Assembly: GCA_965240325.2 (NCBI GenBank)
Contig: OZ251226.1
Location: 2,108,001 to 2,172,000, forward strand
Direction: 5' to 3'
Source of the DNA: Rebecca billardiae RCC1528
Taxonomy: Eukaryota; Protista; Haptophyta
DNA: 64,000 nt
Shown: positions 59,570-64,000 of the stretch, one piece after another
How the letters are laid out: each line of letters opens with the position of its first letter
Position numbering within the stretch: the first letter of the stretch is position 1
Made by a program: the position numbers and the translations under genes
The notes under the pieces: model-generated
Told to the model about the DNA's origin: nothing
Database searches by the model: none
Seen by the model: only the letters and a program-made list of their open reading frames with translations

Positions 59570-62315
59570 ATGCCGCGGCGCACCACCGCCTCGTCGCTCG
59601 CTCTCGCGCTGCTCGGGCTCGTCCTCGCAGCGTCGATTGAGATCGAAGGCCCCGGTGAGCCGAGTTGTCGGTGCATCAACCCATGGGCCAACGTCTCCGC
59701 CTTGCCCGATGGCATTTATGATGCCCAGAACAACTGCTTGCGTCCCGCCGACTCCGAGCTCGGGTGCGTGCCGCTGAACTACGGCGCGGAGGGCTGCGCG
59801 GCGTACGACGACACGCTTCTGGTCCCGACGTGCGCGAACGTAGACGGCGACGCCAGAGGCGGGCGACCCACGTACTGCGAGAGCGCGTTTTGCTTCGTAG
59901 ACCCTGCTCGCTGTGATCGGCGGCCCGAGATGACGCACCTGTTCGACCAGACGCTCCTGCCTGACCTCGCCTACTCGTACGCCACGTGCGGCAACCTCGA
60001 CCAGTACACGCCGAACGGGCACCAGAAGCTGCTCACGTCGCGCAAGCTCCGCGTCTCGTACCCGGGGGACTCGGGCTCGGGCTTCACCCTGCTCACGCTC
60101 GAGAACGGTCGCAAGGCTGGCTCCGTCGTGTCGTTTGCGCACGATGCGCTCCGGAGCATCGGCGCCGAGTGGGAGGTGGTGACGGTGTCCAACTCGAGCT
60201 CAGACGCGTTCCCGCTCTCCTCCTTCACAGCATGCGTGCACGAGGTGGCGCTCAACCGCACAGACATGTGCATCGGCAACTTCTGGAGCACGCCCACCCG
60301 GCGGGTGATGGCGAGCTTCTCAGCGGAGATCTACCAGGACCTCTTCTTCCTCGTCTCGTTCGATGGCGGGCGACAGTCGCTCACGCAGCAGCTCGCGCGC
60401 CCGTTCGAGCCGTTCACGCCGGGCGCGTGGGCGTGCATCGTCGCCGTGACGCTCGTGACGAGCCTCGCCATCTTCGCCGTGGAGGCGCGCGAGGACGGCG
60501 GCGAGTTTGACGGCATGCCCGGCTGGCGCGCACTCGCCACGTCGGCCTATCTCTCGCTCACCTCGCTGCTCGGCGGCGGCTCAATCTACCGCCTGCGCTC
60601 GGTGCCGGCGCGTCTGATGGATATCGCCTTTGGCCTGCTCATCCTCATCGTCGTCGCGTCGTACACCGCGCAGCTCGCGTCCTCGCTCGTGCGCTCCGCG
60701 CAGCTCGCGCAGGTGGACTCCGTCGAGGCCGGCATCGCGCAGCGGCTCAACTTCTGCGCGCTCTCCGCCATCAGTGACACGCTCGTCTCCTCGACGGCGC
60801 AGACGCTCAAGGATCTGCTAGTGCCCGTGGCCAACGCCAAGGATGCCTTCGCCGCGATGGACGCGGGCGAGTGCGACCTGGCCATCCTCTCAGGTGCGCC
60901 CGACGCCACCACTGCTGCAGAGTAGTGCTGCTGCGCCGCCCGGAAGAGTGCGCTTGCCCGGCCAGCTGCTTTGCTGCGTGTGTTCCCGCGCGTGCGATTT
61001 GCCCGCGCTCGCGCTGGGCACTTGCTCTCCGCTCTGACGCTCACTCACGCGCGTCGGGCCCCCGCCGCTCTGTGCCCATCCATCGATCCGTGCGCCTGCC
61101 TTGGCAGCCAACAACATTGATGCAGCCTTCCGCGGGCTGTACACGCCCGACGATCCGACCGCGCACTGCAACAAGCTGGCGGTGGGCGACCCCGTGCTCG
61201 CCATCGGCAACGCCCTCCCCGTCACCGAGGAGCTCTCGACATCCGTCGCGTGGCTCGCCGCCTCGCGCATGTCGGAGGGCGCGTACCTGCGCGCCGAGCG
61301 CGACGCCAAGGCGACATACTTGCCAGCGCCTGCGTGCGCCACTGACGGGCAGTCGAACGAGCAGGGCCAGCTGCGCGGCCTCACGGTCGAGGATATGTCC
61401 GGCATCTTCCTCTTCGTCGGCGTCGCGCTCGTCATCTCCCTCATTGCGCACAGCTGCGCTCACCCGCGCGTCCGTCGGGCGGCGGGCTCCGCCAAGCAGC
61501 GCGCGATTGCCGCCGCCGAGAAGCGCGGGATCAAGGTGCCCGTGATCAAGCTGCCGCCGCTGCCGGCGCGCTGCGCCAAGCGCTCCCGCGTCATGGACGA
61601 CGAGGAGGCGGCGGCTGCGGACGCTGAGTACGCGGACGACGCGCACGCCGACGGCAACGAGCGGGCACGGCAGGACGACGACGACAATGTGCACTCGTTT
61701 GACACCCGCCGTGTGTCCGAGACGAGCGAGGCCGGTCACGGCGCGGCCGAGCACGACCATCCACACGACCATCCACACGACCGGCGAGGTAAGGGCGTCC
61801 ACCAGCACCGCCGCGGTTCCGCCCTCAACGGTCGTCGGCGCCACAGCCCGCAGCACAGCCCCACCCACTCGCGCAGCCCGGCGCTCAGCCCGACCACCAG
61901 CTCCAAGAAGATCAAGCCGCCCCACGAGTTCGCCCGGAGCCAGACGACAGACATCAGCTCGTTCAAAGTCGAGCCCAGCGGTGGCGCCCACGCACCGGGT
62001 GAGGCGCCAGACCGCCGGCGCAGTGTCGACCCGCAAGTCCAGCGCCGCGGCAGCGGAGCTCGGGGTGCTGGGGAGATCGGCTCATCCATCGTGCACATCT
62101 CGCTGGACACCGCGACCGGGGTGCTCACGGCGCGCGCGGCCAGTCCGGCAAACGGCGCTGGCTCGATGGCCGGCGCTGGTGGCACGGCAATCGTCCAGCT
62201 CGCGATCAACAACCACACAGGTGCACGCGCTGCTCCTGTGGCTGTGCAGCGCCGCGGCAGCTCCACCAACGTGGCACGGCCAGACGGCGTGGGCCGACGC
62301 CGTGGGAGCACGTGA
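59570..62315 (+). CDS. Ionotropic glutamate receptor-like channel (GLR) with Cys-rich N-terminal domain. Intron 60894-61107
   Basis: Signal peptide. S1 DMCIGNFWSTPTRR, pre-M1 PFEPFT..AW, M3 VVASYTAQLASSL, pre-M4 LTVEDMSGIFL. Spliced length ~843 aa. Confidence 0.85.
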
Positions 62316-62559
62316 ATCGTGACCTACACGCGCGTACAAGTTTTGCATATGCATGTCTACGGAGCAACCAAAGCTCGTCCAACCGATACGACGACGCCTC
62401 GCGAACCTGTGGCTTTTCATTCGCGGATGATCGATGAGGCATCGTCATCGATCCGATCATCATCCTCTCGTCATCACAGTGCCTGACATCGCGTCGTCAT
62501 CATTATCATGTGGTCCCTCGTCAGTGATGACTGCTAACAGTTAGTCATCAGCATTGTTT

Positions 62560-62810
62560 AATTAAGCAGCTACTCGGACGTACTCGCAGCGCATGTATCT
62601 GAGTCGTCTATCTGATGAGCAGTCGTCGTCGTATCTGAGTCGCATGTATCGTCTGAGTCGTCTATATTAGATATAGAGAGCTAGAGAGAGAGAGACGAGT
62701 CGGGCGGACGAGTGTCAGACGAGATAAATAAGTGAGAGAGCGCAGAGCTAGAGAGACGAGCTAGTCACGTCAACAGTAGCTTAGCTACTACTATGTACTA
62801 GCTAGCCTCG
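62560..62810. repeat. GA-rich low-complexity tract with short TATCTGAGTCG duplications
   Basis: (GA)n runs and repeated atctgagtcg / gtcgtcta motifs. Confidence 0.6.
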
Positions 62811-63751
62811 GGGTAACGCATCAGTCAGCACGACGACGCGCGTGCAATATCGTCGCGAGGCATATCATGCAATATACGTACATGTATTTCAATAATAAAA
62901 CAGGGCGGCGGCGACGAATCATCACTCTGCTGACTCGTGAAAGTGCATGACAGCTACAGCGTTTGCCGTAATTGCCGTTTCCGGAGCGTGCTATAGCGCT
63001 GAATATGGTATACGTACGTGTACGATATACATATATATGTGTGGGGTTATTGGTACAATAACTGCTTGTCTAAGAGGACGACAAGAACGCCGGGCGCCAG
63101 CGCCGCTCATCAGCCACATCGCCCTGTAACAGACCATCGCCTCAAAGGGCTGCTCCCGGACAAACAGTCTGTCCGGGTTTTTCTGCCGCCCAGGAGATCG
63201 GTTTCCGGCGCCGGCCTCTGCCGCCTGCTTCGCCAGGCGCGGCGTGCGAGGTGGCTCCAGCCAAGCTCGTCCTGCGTCGCAGGCGGCGGCGGCTCGCACG
63301 CGGGTGGCGCGTCGCGTGCACCGACCAACATATATATATTTAACGACGTGGTATGCAACGGGCAAGCGTCAGGCTCAGAGTGCAGCAGACACATAGAATG
63401 CGTCCGCGCCTTCCAACCAGGCCAGGCAGTGCGCCACCCGCATCCCTGCCCCCCTGAGGGAGCAGGGCCGGGATGGAGCACCGCCTCGGCCTGGGGCACG
63501 CGGCGGCGACGGCAGATGCCGCCGCGGCCGAGCGCCTTCCGGAGCACTTGGATGAGGGTGAGGTCGTAGTCAATGTCGTCGCCCGCCGACCTAGCGGCGA
63601 GCAGCTGCGGCAGACGGCAGCCGCGGCTGTCGCCCCCGTACGCCCGCGTGGGCGCCTGGCTGACGACGAGGTCGTTATCGGTCGTAGTGCGCGTCGCCGC
63701 GCGCCGGCCAAGCGGCGCGCATGTTGCAGAAGAGCCAAGAGGGGCTGGGAG

Positions 63752-63817
63752 AGTGAGCGCGCCGCCTAGTGCGCTCTGGGCGATGAAGCCCAGAGCGCAC
63801 TAGGCGGCCCGCTCACT
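63752..63817. other. 30-bp-stem hairpin (1 mismatch, 6-nt loop GATGAA) directly abutting a (TA)n tract
   Basis: AGTGAGCGCGCCGCCTAGTGCGCTCTGGGC-GATGAA-GCCCAGAGCGCACTAGGCGGCCCGCTCACT followed by ATATATATAT. Confidence 0.85.
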
Positions 63818-64000
63818 ATATATATATGCTGATTATTAGATGACAAATCGTCATATCATCAAATGTCGTCAGACAATATGCGCGCTACTGAGTATACTGT
63901 CATCTGCTCGGATGTCACTAGACACTAACGGATGGATGCCGCGCGACCATTGCTCCGCGCTGATGACGCCCGCATGACGATCGATGACGATGATTATTCA

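Overview
Very GC-rich eukaryotic nuclear DNA with short GT-AG introns, mostly with GTGCG donors. The gene content and style suggest a haptophyte alga such as a member of the Pavlovales; this is an inference. Genes in order: a TPR protein, a large EF-hand-like/low-complexity protein, a hypothetical protein divergent from an RNI-like LRR protein, a DeSI(PPPDE)-PUL peptidase, an MBD-HMG-RGG chromatin protein, a frameshifted EsV-1-7 repeat fragment, a probable mitochondrial bL31m, two giant paralogous surface receptors arranged head-to-head around a TRPM2-like channel-enzyme gene, and a glutamate-receptor-like channel. The two receptors share a signal peptide and an ~8.2 kb inverted-repeat core (IPT/TIG, REJ, EGF, GPS, 5-TM polycystin-1-like). 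Copy B (~5,590 aa) adds five mosaic FG-GAP beta-propeller modules separated by (SPPP)n microsatellite linkers and a bacterial-type RTX region. Copy A has none of these and carries a 4-bp frameshift. Main non-coding structures: a composite Tc1/mariner-like element (two direct MITE copies, TA outside and TG/CA inside, around cargo containing a ~190-bp tandem array), a perfect 64-bp inverted repeat with a fold-back junction just upstream of the giant receptor, and a 30-bp-stem hairpin beside (TA)n tracts. Family assignments come from motif recognition by eye, not database searches.
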